A program made the position numbers and the translations under genes. Shown piece by piece: positions 13,601 to 28,400 of a stretch of DNA of 64,000 nt. This DNA is from the human T2T-CHM13v2.0 reference genome, Homo sapiens. The notes beneath the pieces were generated by a model. That model worked only from the letters and a program-made list of their open reading frames with translations, was not told the DNA's origin and made no database searches. The number at the start of each line of letters is the position of its first letter. The stretch's first letter is position 1. The stretch lies in NCBI RefSeq assembly GCF_009914755.1, contig NC_060944.1, one strand, 5' to 3'.

Positions 13601-15909
13601 AGGAAGGAAGCACGCAGGGAGACAGGGACTGCCGGGGCCGCTGTCATCGCTGGGTGTCCTGATCCTACTTCCTCCTGACACCCCTGCCCCTGTCTGGTCA
13701 TGGCAGGAAGGCCTCGTCCAAGGGAGCACATCCCCGACCACAGGGGTACTGAGGCCACCTCGCCCTCTGCCCAATGACTTCAGCACGCTAGCTCCATCAG
13801 AAGGTCTCTGTTGGAGGAGAGGATGCCCAACTGCTTAGGGCTCCAAATGAGAAAGGAAACATTGCTGTAGGAGGCCACCACCACCAATCATTTCCTTTCC
13901 AAAGGAAGCCAAAAACACACACAAAGCCACGGCCTCCTCATGACCACTGTGTCTGGCACCACCTTGGACCCTAACGTCTGTCTGGGGCCCTGTCCCATGC
14001 CGCACCCTGGGTCAGCTCCCACCACTCAAATCTTCACCCCACACCATGTGCCCTCACCCCAGGAGGGATTACACAAGGGAGGGCAGAGGGTGGAGAACAG
14101 TTACACACCCCCAATTCCTGAGCCAAGGACTGCCCAGACAGGGGTTCACATGGCCACTCAGAGACTTTGTCCTCACTCCTGCCCAGGATGCCATGGGGAA
14201 GAGCAAGATAGCATCGAAGCCTTCATGAGTGGGGGTTCCCGAATGTCTGCCCAGGCCTTTGAGAAGGACCCTACACCTGACTGTGAGAATGCGGCACGAG
14301 AACTGTTTCCTTTTGTGTTCTCAAATGAAGGGCTCGGGTGAAAGCTTTCTGTCCGATATCCGCCTGTTAGAGTTCTAAACCTCTTGCTTTCTACCTGATA
14401 AAATTGGTTTATGTATACGTTTGGGGCCTGGCAGGGAGAAAGGAGAATGTCCTGCTATCTGGGCACAAGGCCCCCAGAGCACCCTCTAGACTCCCCGCTG
14501 CAGCCCCACCCCGAAGGCCCCACAGAGAACAAAGCAAGCCTGGGTCTCCAATTCAAGATCAGTGTGGGGTCTCATCCACTGCTCTTGCATCTGGTGCCAC
14601 CCCTGCACCCCCTGTTCTTCCTTCTTCCTGCTCACGCTGGGCCTCAATACCGTCAGCCTCCTGGAAGCCCCCAGACACAGGTGGAGGCCTCCCATTCAGA
14701 CGTGGCAGGCCTTCTCCAGCAACCTGTGCTTCAGATGCCTTTTCAGGGACAGGCCACTGGCATCATTTGTGCTGGAATGTAAATGACTGACTGGCTCCCT
14801 GACGCGTGGCTGCTTTCTAAGAGGAGGGCACTCCTGTCTGTGGCTCAGCATGTACTTGCCTCTCTTCCCTCCCAGGCCAGCAAATGAATTCTACAGGGAA
14901 TGAACCTCTTGCCACAAAAAGAACTGGAAGCAGGTGGTCAGCAAGCCAGCACGAGATTACAATCAATTTCTGGAAGGCAGAAGCAGATGGAAACGTGTTG
15001 GTGATGAAACAGGGCGGGAGCTGCATCCCAAAATACAGGCAGGTGGGCAAGTCTTCCTGGAAGGACCCAGAGAGGCCTGGGCTCAACCACAGGGAGGGGA
15101 CATTTGGGAAGCATCGTTGGGAAAGAGCAGCAGGACACACCAAGGAAGGGGGACCCACCTCCTGCCCCTTAAGCAGGAAAGTCAAGGAGACTGGCCTGTC
15201 CCATCAGGTCCCAACAGACAGCATGTTCCTTCCTGCTCAGAGCAGCTCCTGGACCTGGGGCAACCAAAAGCAAAGTGAGACCTTCCCAAGTCCAGGCGAG
15301 GACTCTCCCTCACCTGGCTCTCCCTCCCTGTGACTGCTGACCAGCAAAATGGGTTATGCCAGAAAGAGCCCAACCCAGCCAGGACCTCAGAGCTCAGGCC
15401 TCCTGCTTCGCCTGCCCAGGAGGGACCAGCCAGCCCAGCCCAACCTTCAGCTGCCCTGTGTCCAGGGCGTGCCTGGCATGTGCCCAGAACACGACTGATG
15501 CTGTGGGAGACAAAGAGCACCCCACCCGTAAGGGGTCCCAGCACTCACGGTATGATGCAAGCAAATAAAGTCAACGGATGACAGAGCACCCTGCAGGAAC
15601 ATAAGCTTCCCACGTCCTCAGCTCTTCCTCCTCTATCCCCACAGACACACACACCTGGGGCCTGGAGATCCCAGTGAGGAGAAATGCCTCAGGTGGCAAT
15701 TTATACACCCCAGCCTGATTCAGAGCTGGATCCATTTAATCCTCATTCCAACTCTATGCAGTAGGGATCATCACCCTCCTTTTACAGAAATGGGAACCAA
15801 GGCACACAGCTAAGTAAAGGGGCCGGGACTCGAACCCAGGGGTCTGCCCTGAGAGGGAGCACTTACCCTGCTCAGTACTGCCTGGCAACAGCACACTGTT
15901 CATGCTTTA

Positions 15910-16118
15910 GTTATTTCTTAAATGTATACACAGTAAAAGTCATTGTTTGGGGTTACAGTTCTAAGGGTTTTGACAACTGTATGCAGTCACACAACCACCA
16001 CCACAATCAAGATTCATAATGGTCTCATTACCGCAAAACAATCCTTATGCCGTCCCTCTGTGGTCAGCCTCACACCCACCCCAGCCCCTGGCTGCTGCTG
16101 TTCTGTTCTGTGTCCAAA
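15910..16118 (-). mobile_element. Old L1M 3' UTR fragment
   Basis: tacagttctaagggttttgacaactgtatgcagtcacacaaccaccaccacaatcaagat. Confidence 0.6.
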
Positions 16119-16131
16119 TATCAACAACACA

Positions 16132-16459
<328 letters not shown>

Positions 16460-16739
16460 TAAAGACAAGTCTGTTGGTATACAGGACTTCATCCCTCTCC
16501 CAAAGCCATGCCCCTTAGAATCCAGGGACAATGTGAATTAAGACCAAAAACATGTGAGTGACCAAAACTTAGAAACATTTATGACATGTCTCCCACATAA
16601 CTGGAGTCAAAAGTTACCCGGCCAAGCCTGGATTGAATAGAAAAGCTTCACAAAGATTCAATAAGCCCCAAATCATATGACTTCCTGAGTCTTCTCATTC
16701 CTAGTTGTAAAAGTTAACAGTAACCACAACCTGACATGG

Positions 16740-18225
<1,486 letters not shown>

Positions 18226-18445
18226 AAAAATCTTAGTAGTGGCCACCACCTGGCACAAGGCACTGGGGAAGGCTTGTGCCCTTGGCCTTTGGTGCTGGGA
18301 CAGTTAGTATTTTGTGGTCATTAGCATCTGCCTGTAAGTCACAAGGCACACCAGAAACTTCAAAATTTCAATTCTTCTGTGCCAGATTAAAAAAAAAAAA
18401 AAAAAAAAAAACGGATAGTTTCCACCTTTCCTGGCCACAGCCCCA

Positions 18446-18905
18446 TTTTTTTTATTATACTTTAAGTTTTAGGGTACATGTCACAATGTGCAGGTTAGTT
18501 ACATATGTATACATGTGCCATGTTGGTGTGCTGTACCCATTAACTCGTCATTTAACATTAGGTATATCTCCTAATGCTATCCCTCCCCACTCCTCCCACC
18601 CCACAACAGGTCCCAGCCTGTGATGTTCCCCTTCCTGTGTCCATGTGTTCTCATTGATCATTAAAAAGTCAGGAAACAACAGGTGCTGGAGAGGATGTGG
18701 AGAAATAGGAACACTTTTACACTGTTGGTGGGGCTGTAAACTAGTTCAACCATTGTGGAAGTCAGTGTGGCGATTCCTCAGGGATCTTGAACTAGAAATA
18801 CCATTTGACCTAGCAATCCCATTACTGGGTATATACCCAAAGGATTATAAATCATGCTGCTATAAAGACATATGCACACGTATGTTTATTGCAGCACTAT
18901 TCACA
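18446..18905 (-). mobile_element. Short L1PA insertion with 5' inversion (twin priming)
   Basis: 18446-18656 is the L1 3' UTR and polyA on the minus strand; 18657-18905 is the ORF2 end on the plus strand. Degenerate TSD cacagccccattt / cacaggcctattt. Confidence 0.9.
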
Positions 18906-21149
18906 GGCCTATTTACAAGAACTTAGCTGAGCACCAGGCCGGAGACTTGTTTGCACAGCAATGACCTGGGGACCCAAGGACTGCCATGGACCTGCCGGGA
19001 GCTGCGAAGCCCGCACATGGGACACACTAGGAAAGGTGGCTGGTCTTAAGTTCTCTACCCTGCTCCTCACCAGCTCTATTTCATGTTAGACCTCATAAAA
19101 GTGGTTAGCATTATAATTGAAAGAACACGTGCAAACTATTGGCTTCATTATGTTGTTATCAATCTCCTGGAGGCATTACATATGACTTATTGATTATTTA
19201 AAGAGGAAGAACACCTCATTTCTTTATATGCACATTCTCTTCTGGACATTAGCAGCACTGCATATGCACAGATGTCAAATCGAGTGAGAAATTCAGACTG
19301 GAGAGAATAGGCTAGGATCCATTGTGGGCTCTTCATCAGGAGAGTTGCTGGAGGGAAGCAGAAATTGGGGATTACTCTGATAGCCCTATGCAGTGCTGGA
19401 CAAGACAGACTGGCCTAGACCTCACCAACTAGAGTCTGATATGACAAATTGTCATTACCACGTGCAGGACTCTTGTCCACAGTGGGCCCTGGAGCTACCA
19501 GGACAGGCCTCACAAAACTGCAGCAATGAGAACCATTAACTGGACTGGTTCTCCATGCCAGACACAGCTGCCTCTGGCCATGCCTGAGAAAACTGAGCCT
19601 TCGTGAGACTGAGAATCCCTAAGCCACACAGAGTGGAAGCAGCAAAGCCAAGTGCCTAGACAAAGCCACCTCCTTCCCTGAGCCCCACACCCTGATTCCT
19701 CAGCAATGGCCACTGGGCTCAAACAACTCCAAATAAAGTGAGAAGGAGGCAGCACAGAGGGCCTGGGGTACGGAGCACCTGGATCAGAGCTAAAGCTCAG
19801 CAACATCTGCCGACATTATTCTCAACTGCATACAAGTCACGAGACTATTCACAGGGTCCACTGACTGGCACTATGGTCATCGGAACACTAATTCAATCCA
19901 CTGCACCACCTTACTCTGAGTAGCAAGATTACACATCCAGAACCTTGCCATGCACTTTGTGGTTGCCCCACTTAAGAGGCAGGGGACATTTCCCTGCCCC
20001 TGGCCTCTGGGTTTGGCCAATAGGATAGAAAAGGGCAGAAGTAATGGTGCCCCGACCCCAAGAAAAGCCCTGGAGGCCTTGTGTTCTTCCACTTGCCTTG
20101 TCGTGCTTCTCCCAGGACCACGTGCACACTCCCAGGCCTGCCTGCTGGAGCACTGGAAACAGAGGGAGCACAGCCCCTGGCCTCCATCAGCAACTCCCAG
20201 CCAGCTGGCCCAGCCGCTGGGCCTCAGCACCCTTGGTTACACAGCAAGAACTGGTTGGCTCGATGGTCATTTCTTCTTGCAAGGTGAGCAGTGTGGGCAT
20301 CACTCTCCCACCCTGCTGAGGAGGCTGGGGTGCAGGGGTGCCCGAGATCATCTCAGTTGTATGTGATGATGCTGTAAGTTAAACACAGGTTGTCTGGGTC
20401 CCAGGCAAAGCACTCTGCTGTCTTCTTGCCACCCTTCCTGGAACAGAGCCAAGGTTCCTGAAATTACCTTTAACTGGATAGCTGTTTTCCACTGAAGCTT
20501 TCTGCTTCTGCTTCTGTTTCTGTTTCTTGGGCTCGGTGCATCAAGTTTCTTGGTTTCCATTAAAAGCCAACACCATGACGAGAAAAAAGAAAAGCTCTGG
20601 AAATGGCACAGGGCCTTTCTTTAAGGGATGTGGTTGTCAGCTCCGTGCATGAGACTGGTGTGTGATTGGACTCTCTGTTGGCAGCCTTCATGGGAATGTG
20701 CCAACTTGTGGTCTCCAACTTCCCAGCCAAGCCTTGTTCACAAATGTGTGAAAAATAAAGCTACCCTTTTTCAAGTTTTAACAGCAACTGTAAACTCATT
20801 CCAAGTCTCATGGTTAAGAGGTATGGGACATCTTGTTTTTCAGCCTGCTTCAGCTTAGGGGCACAGTCCTTGGTCATTTGTATTTATACATGATAGGTCT
20901 AACTTCTATATTACTAACATAATTAAATAGCATCATCTACCTTCACTCCTGGAAAACTGAGGAATTTTTAGGAGCCCAGTTCACTGCATAAATCAGGTCT
21001 TGAAACATGGACCAGTGCTCCCTACAGACAGTTACCAGCCTACTACATTTCTAAGACACTAGTGTGGCAAATAAAGTTAGCTGACAGGCATTTCTCCTTT
21101 TTCTGGCCAGCAAACCTCACTGGTGTTCACACAACTACAGCCTAACTCC

Positions 21150-21702
21150 AAGGGGGTGAGGGTGCATCATAAATTGGGCCAAGCCAGTCTAAGAAGACTA
21201 ATTCCTTTTGAAGTGACTTGTTCATATGTGGACATACAACCCAGTACTGGCCAATGAGACATTAGGAGAAATCTTCTGCGGACTTTGAGGAAGACATTTT
21301 TCCTCTATGATAAAAAGAAAGGAGAAGCCAAGATGCATCTCTTTCTCTCTCTCTCACTCCCTCCCTTTTCACCCCCTCTCTTCTCAGGCAATCGATTTGC
21401 TGCTTGCCTGTGATCTTGTCTCTGAACATTATACATGGGGGAGATAGTGTGGGAAAACAGAACCTGGAGCTGAGGCAGCTGTCTTGTGAACACGATGCAG
21501 CAAGCCCAAAGACAAAAGTCCAACAGACCCAGGGTGGCAGACAGAAAAGATGGACAGACCCTGGGCCCTGGATGACAGCAATGAGCCACTGATTCAGCCC
21601 TGGCACCAGCTCCCTCTCTACTTGTAATGTGAAATAATTCTGTGACTTTTTCTGTTAAGTCTGGATGCTCAATTCCTTGCAATTGAAAGCAACAAACACA
21701 CA
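21150..21702 (+). mobile_element. Old MLT1-family LTR
   Basis: ggccaatgagacattaggagaa...ctggagctgaggcagctgtcttgtga...ttgcaattgaaagcaacaaacaca. Confidence 0.5.
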
Positions 21703-21714
21703 GATGCAGCAACT

Positions 21715-22711
21715 TGTTTTATGAGGCCATGATAACGTTACTTCCCAAACCTGAAAAGGACACTTTGAGAATGGAACATTAGATGTCATTCTTTCTCATG
21801 AACATAAATGCAAATATCTTAAAGAAAATATTAGCAAATCAAATTCAACAGTATATTTGAATGGTAATAGAATGTTCAAGTTGGGCTTATTCCAGAAATG
21901 CAAGCTTGACCTATCATTTGTATTTCACCACATTAACATAATAAAGGAGAAAACCTATGGCCATTTCAATAAGTGCAGACAAGCATTTGATAAAACACCC
22001 ACACATAGGTGGGGACAGGAGGGGCTACAATGGGACTGATCTGGATGATGGTCATATAAGTGTGTTCACTGTAAAAATTCCTGAAGTTGTAACTAATGAA
22101 CTGGACATTTTTCCATATGTATGTTACAGTCCATTTGAAAAGCTTACTTAAGAATGATGGCTCAAATTTTCTCATAACAATTAAAATTAAATTGAATTAA
22201 AAGTTAAAATCTTTTCAAATAAAAAGCACCAGGCCCAGATGGCTTTACAGGCAATTTCCAGTCAGGTGACATATTGAACAAAAGTTCTCTGCAATTGCAC
22301 AACTTCTCCAGAGCATGTAAGCACTTGAGTTACAAGGATGGTAAAACAAACCTAAATGACTCCTAATGCAAGATCACTCAAACCTAATGACTTCTAATGC
22401 AAGATCACTTAAAAATATAAATTTGAAATCCTACACAAACCTAATGACCAAACCTAAATGACTTCTAATGCAGGATCACTCAAAACTATAAATCTGAAAT
22501 CCTACACAAATTTTAGGAATTTGAATGTAGTAATTAAAAACTGATGGCATGGCAAAGTAAGGTTTATCTCAAAAATGCAATGTTGGTTTAAAATTGTTGA
22601 AGGTAGTTTACCACATAATGGATAAAAGAAAAAGTCAAGACTATCAATAGATGCAAAAAAAAAGGCATTTGATAAAATTCAATAGCTCATGAATTAAAAA
22701 CTCTTAGCAAA
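21715..22711 (+). mobile_element. Ancient L1M (L1ME-like) ORF2 fragments, left part of the host element
   Basis: RT-region remnants (gcaccaggcccagatggctttacagg; caatagatgcaaaaaaaaaggcatttgataaaattcaa); stops at aaactcttagcaaa. Confidence 0.7.
22347..22510 (+). repeat. Complex local tandem duplication
   Basis: caaaccta(a)atgact(c/t)ctaatgca(a/g)gatcact occurs three times and aaa(a/c)tataaat(t/c)tgaaatcctacacaaa twice, interleaved. Confidence 0.9.
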
Positions 22712-23244
22712 CATTCTGGGAAGATAGCAGAATAGAAAGCAAATCTGTCTCTCCACCAAGATGACAATTGCACTGGTGGAATCTCTCTGACGTAGCTATT
22801 TTGGAACTCTAGAGTCTATTTAAGACGGTAACTTCATGGAAAATGTTAGGGCATTCAATTGCAGTTAACTACAGTCAATTCTAGCTCTTAGCTACCCTTA
22901 GTACCAGCTACACAGCCCCAGCCCCCAGCCCTGTGGCAGGCAGCTGTGCACATGTTCCTGGAGCACACAACTAGTGGATTCCAGAGTGGACAAAAAGATC
23001 ATGTCCTCCATATATCTAAGATTGGTGCTCTGATTGCTGCTCCTGATCACAGAGATGCAGAGAGACAGAGGTAGTGGCCATTGTGGCACTCCCAGGCCCT
23101 CACCACATTATTGTATGCCCCTCTCCTTTGGCCAAAGTGACATCCAGGGCATTTAAAGGGCTAGCGCCCTTCCCACCATACCCTTTGTTTTATTTTTCTT
23201 CCCTTCTTGGGAGCTAGGCATTGAAGACTAAGTCACTCAAAAGC

Positions 23245-23403
23245 AACCACTTTTAAGTGGGAAACAGACCCAAGGGGTCTGTTTAAGTGGGAAATAGACC
23301 CAAGGTTTAAGTGGGAAACAGACCCAAGGTTTAAGTGGGAAACAGACCCAAGGTTTAAGTGGGAAATAGACCCAACCACTTTTAAGGGGAAACAGACCCA
23401 AGG
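23245..23403 (+). repeat. 24-bp minisatellite, about 6 copies (tttaagtgggaaa[c/t]agacccaagg)
   Basis: Units read directly from the sequence; lies in the old L1 5' UTR. Confidence 0.95.
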
Positions 23404-25131
23404 AAAGGCAGAGACTCAGAAAAGACGTGAGAAGATCTTGAGTTTACACTTTAGGTTGATCCTTGGCACAGAGATGCCTTATAGCAATCAAAAAATAATA
23501 ACATGATATAAGAGACTAACACATAAAAAAAACAGCAAGCCCTAGGGAAGTGAAAATATCTGATTTTCAGAATTATCATATTATTAGACTCAAAGTTCTA
23601 GTTTTCAACAAAAAATTACAAGGCATACAAAGAAATAAGAAGTTATGGCCCATTCAAAAGAAAAATAATCAGCAAAAACTGTCCCTACAAAAGACCTGAT
23701 GGCAGATGTACTGGATAAACATTTTAAAACACCTGTCTTAAAGATGCTCAAAGAACTACAGGAATACGTGGAGGAAGTTAAGAAAGCAATTTATGAACAA
23801 AATGGAAATATCAACAAAGAGATAGAAAATCTAAAACAAAACTCTGGAGCTGAAGAGTATAGTAACTGAAATAAAATTTGGTAGAGGATTCAAAAGCAAA
23901 TTTGAGTGAGCAAAAGAAAGAATCAGCAAACTTGAAGATAGGAGAATGGAAATTATCAAGTCTGAGGAACAGAAAGAAAAAGGATTGAGAAAAAGTAAAC
24001 AGAACCAAAAGGACCTGCGCCAAGAAGACCAACATACCCATTGTGGAAATCCCAGAAGGAGAAGAGCAAAAAAGAGGCAGAATGAATGTTTGAATAAATA
24101 ATAATCAAAAAAACTTCCCAAATTTGATGAAATACATGAATATAGACATCCAAGAAGCTCAATGAATTTCAAGTATGATTAATTCAAAGAAACCCACACT
24201 AACACACTTTACAATTAAACTGTCAAAAGCCAAAGACAAAAAGAGAGTTTTGAAAGCAACAGAAGATATGCAATTTGGCACACACAAAGGATCCTCAATA
24301 ACATTATTAGCAGATTGCTCATCAGAAACTTTGGAAGCCAGAAGGCAGTGGGCTGATATATTCAAAGTGTTAAAAGAAAATAGCCTGTAAACCAATAATC
24401 CTATACCCAGGAAAACTGTCCTATAAAAGTGAGGGAGAAAATTAAGACATTCTCAGATAAACAAATGCTAAGGAAGTCTGTTACTTCTAGACACTCCCTG
24501 TAAGAAATGCTGAAGGGAATCCTGCATGTTGAAATGGAAGAACACTAGACAGTAATTTGAAGGCACATGAAGAAATTAAAATTTTAGTAAAGGAAAATAC
24601 ACAGGAAATTATAAAAGCTAGTATTGTTGAAACAATAATGTGTAACTTCACTTTTCTTTCATGATATAAGAGACTAACACATTTTAAAAAAAGACTAAAA
24701 GTTAGTATTATTGTAACTTTAGTTTATAACTCCACATTTGTTTTCCACTTTTTAAGAGACCAATGCATTAAAAAATTATTAGTTTATGTTTTGGACATGC
24801 AACGTATAAACATGTAATTCTGTGATATCAACAAATGAAGGGATGAGGGCAGAGCTCTTAAAGGAAGAGAATTTTTCTATGTTGTTAACGTTTAAGCTGT
24901 TATAAATTTAAATTAGAATATTATAACTTTAGGACGTTGCATGTAATCCCTATAGCAACAACAAAAGACATAACTAAAGAATACACACAAGTGGAAATGA
25001 GAAGGGACTTTAAATGTTTTACTACAAAAATATTGACTAAACATGACAGAATACACTAATGGAGGAAATGAGGGACACAAATGCAATAAGGCACACAGAA
25101 AGTAAATAGCCAAATGGCAGAAGTAAGTCTT

Positions 25132-25451
25132 TGTTTTAGTCCATTTGTGCTGCTATAACAGAATACCACACAGTAGGTAATTTACCAATATAAACTTATT
25201 TTCTCAAAGTTCTGGAGGCTGGGAAGTCAAAGTCCAAAGCACCTTTTTTGTATTATCACATGACAAAAGGCAGAAGGGCAAAAGACACAAGGGCATCAAA
25301 CTCAACCATTTAAAAGGGCATTAATCCCACCCACAATAAAAGAGCCTTCATGACCTAATCACCTCTCAGAGGCCCCACTCCTTAGCACTGTTGCTATGGC
25401 AATTAAATTTTAACATGAGTTTTGCAGGGGACTAATATTCAAACCATAGCA
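25132..25451 (-). mobile_element. MSTD-like MaLR solo LTR inserted at the start of the old L1 ORF2
   Basis: tgttttagtccatttgtgctgctataacagaatacc ... attcaaaccatagca. Confidence 0.85.
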
Positions 25452-28400
25452 CCTTGTTATTACTAATTAAGTGTAAAAGGGCTTAAGCTTTCCAACCAAA
25501 AGACAGGGATTTGCAGAATGGATTTTTAAAATCATGATCCAAATGCATGCTGTCTATGAGAAACTTACTTTAGATCCAAAGAGGTTGAAAGTGAAAGAAT
25601 GAAAAAAGATATTTCATGTAAATAGTGACCAAAAGAGAGCAATCATGGCTATACTAATATGAGACAAAATAGACTTTAAACTTCAAAAGATTGCAAGAGA
25701 CATAAAGGATATTATATATTAATAAAAGCTTCACTTCACAAGAAAATATAACACTCTTCAAAAAGTGTTATATATTTTGAATTGAAGCTCTTGTGAAAAG
25801 CTTCAATTCGCAAGAAAATATAAACATTTATACATCTAACAACAGACCATCAAAATATATAAAGCAAAACTTGATAGAATTGAAAGTAAAAACAGGCAGT
25901 CCTACAATAAAATTTGGAGACATCAATACCCTACTCTCAATAATAGACAAAATAACTAGACAGAAGATAAGTAAGAAAACAGAAGATTTGAACAATACCT
26001 ACTAGATCTAACAAACGTCTAAAGAACAGTCTACCCAGCAACAACAGAATACATAGTCTTCTCAAGTGCACTTGAGAAGTTTCCAGGATAGGCCATATGT
26101 TAGGCAACAAATTAAATTTCAATAGGTTTCAAAAGATATGTATCACATGAATTATCTTCTCCAAGCATGACAGTATATAATTACAAACCAATAACAGGGA
26201 AAACTGAAAAATTTGCAAAGCTTTAGAAATTAAACAACACACTCTTAATCAATGGATCAAAGAAGAATTCCAAAAGAAAATTAGAAAATACTTACAGACA
26301 AATGAAAATAAAAATACAACATACCAAAATTTATGGGAGACAGTGAAAGCAGTTCTAAGGGAGAAATGTATAGCTATCAATGCTTACATTAAAAAAAAAA
26401 AAAGACAGATCTCTCAAATCAACAACTTAACTTTATATCTTAGGAACAAACTAAACCCAAAACTAACAGAAGAAATGATAAAGACTAGAGACAAGTTAAA
26501 TAGAGAATATAAAAATAAGAGAAAATTAACAAAACCAAAATTTGTTTTTTCAAATCTTTAGCTAGATGGACTAAGCAAAAAGAGAAGACTCAAGTTACTA
26601 AAATCAGAAATGAAAGTGGGGACATCACCATCAATTCTACAGCAATAAAAAGGATTATAAGATAGTACCAAGAGCAACTACACTCCAACAAATTAGATAA
26701 CTTAGATGAAATGGGAAAATGTCTATAAATACAAAATCTACCAAGATTAAACCACAAAAAAATAGAAAATCTGAATAGATCTGTAACTACTAAGGAAATT
26801 GAATCACTAATCAAAAATCTCCTGACAAAGAAAAGCCCTGTAGCTGATTGGTTTCACTACTGAATTCTACAAAACATTTAAAGAAGAACTAACACCACTC
26901 CTCAAACTTTTCAAAAAAGATTGAAAAGGAAGAGACACTGCCTAATTCATTCTATGAAGCTAGTATTCCCTGATACTAAAGTCAGGTAAAGATATTATGA
27001 ACAAAACATCCTTTCATGATAAAAGCACTGCAAAAGTAGTAATAGAAGGAAACTACCTCAAGATAATAAAAACCATATATTAACACCCTACAGCAAACAC
27101 CATACTCAATGGTGAAAGACTGAAAGCTTTTCCGCTAAGATTGGGAACAAAGCAAGGATCCCTGCCATCAAAACTTCTATATAACACTGTACTAGAAGTC
27201 TTGCCAGAACAATTAAGCATGAAAAAATAATGAAAGGAATTTAAATAAGAAAGAAAGAAGTAAAATTGTCTTTGCTCATAGATAATATTATCTCATATGT
27301 AGAAAACCCTGAGGATTTCACCAAAACACTGCTAGAACTAAGAAACAAATTCAGTGAAGCAGCAGCGAAGTCCACACACAAAAGTCAATATTTGCATTTC
27401 TATATACTAACAATGGAAAAAATCCATAAAGGAAATTAAGATAACGACTCCATTTGCAATACTTAGGAATTAACCTAACCAAGGAAATAAAAGTTTTGTA
27501 CAATAAAAACTATAAAATATTTCTGAAAAAACATCAAATAAGGCATAAATAAATGGAAGACACTCCTGATTATAGATTGGGATACCTAATATTGCTGAAA
27601 TGTCAATATTAGGCAAAGAAAATCTACATATTTAATGCAGTCCCTATCAAAATTTCAATGATGTGTTTTAGAGAAATTTTTAAAAACCCATTCTGAAATT
27701 TATACTGAATATCATGAAACCCTAAATTGTCAAGAAAATTCTGAAGTTGGAGAATCAAATTATATCTATCTGATAAGGAATTGTTATCCAGAATACATAG
27801 AGAATTCCTAAAACTCAATGACAAAAAACAAACAACCCAATTTAAAAATGGGCAGACAGACATCTAGACCAATGAAATAGACTAGGCAGGCCAAAAATAA
27901 ACCCTCACAATAATGTCCAAATAATTCTCAACAAAGGTGCCAAGACCATTCAGTAGAAAAAGATCTCTTTTCAACAAATGGGCTGAGCAAACTGGATTTC
28001 CACATGCAAAATGATAAAGTTAGACTCTTACCTAATACCATATACAAAGATTAACTCAACAGGGATCAAAGATCTAAATGTAAGAGGTAAAACTATGAAA
28101 CTCTTACAAGAAAAATAGGGGGAATCTTCATGAAAGTGGATTTGGCAGTGTTTTCTTAGATATGACACCAAAGGTGCAGGCAACAAAAGAAAAAAAAGTA
28201 GACAAATTAGACTTTATTTTGTAAAAATTTAAAAATTTTGTGCATTAAAAGACACTATCAACAAAGTAAGAGGGCAATCCATAGAATGGGAGAAATTATT
28301 TGCAAATTATATCTATCTGATAAGGGATTGTTATCCAGAATACATAGAGAATTCCTAAAACTCAATGACGAAAAACAAACAACCCAATTTAAAAATGGGC

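Noticed and set aside
11582-15581. Many overlapping 100-175-aa ORFs in GC-rich DNA
   Set aside because: Open on both strands and in several frames, with Pro/Gly/Ala/Ser bias and no recognisable protein. This is expected where stop codons are scarce. Small spliced exons cannot be excluded.
18389-18411. Orphan 23-nt polyA run, possibly a retrocopy tail
   Set aside because: No TSD and no recognisable parent sequence upstream.
23245-23403. 24-bp repeats as a CRISPR-like array
   Set aside because: Head-to-tail units without unique spacers, in primate DNA with no cas genes.
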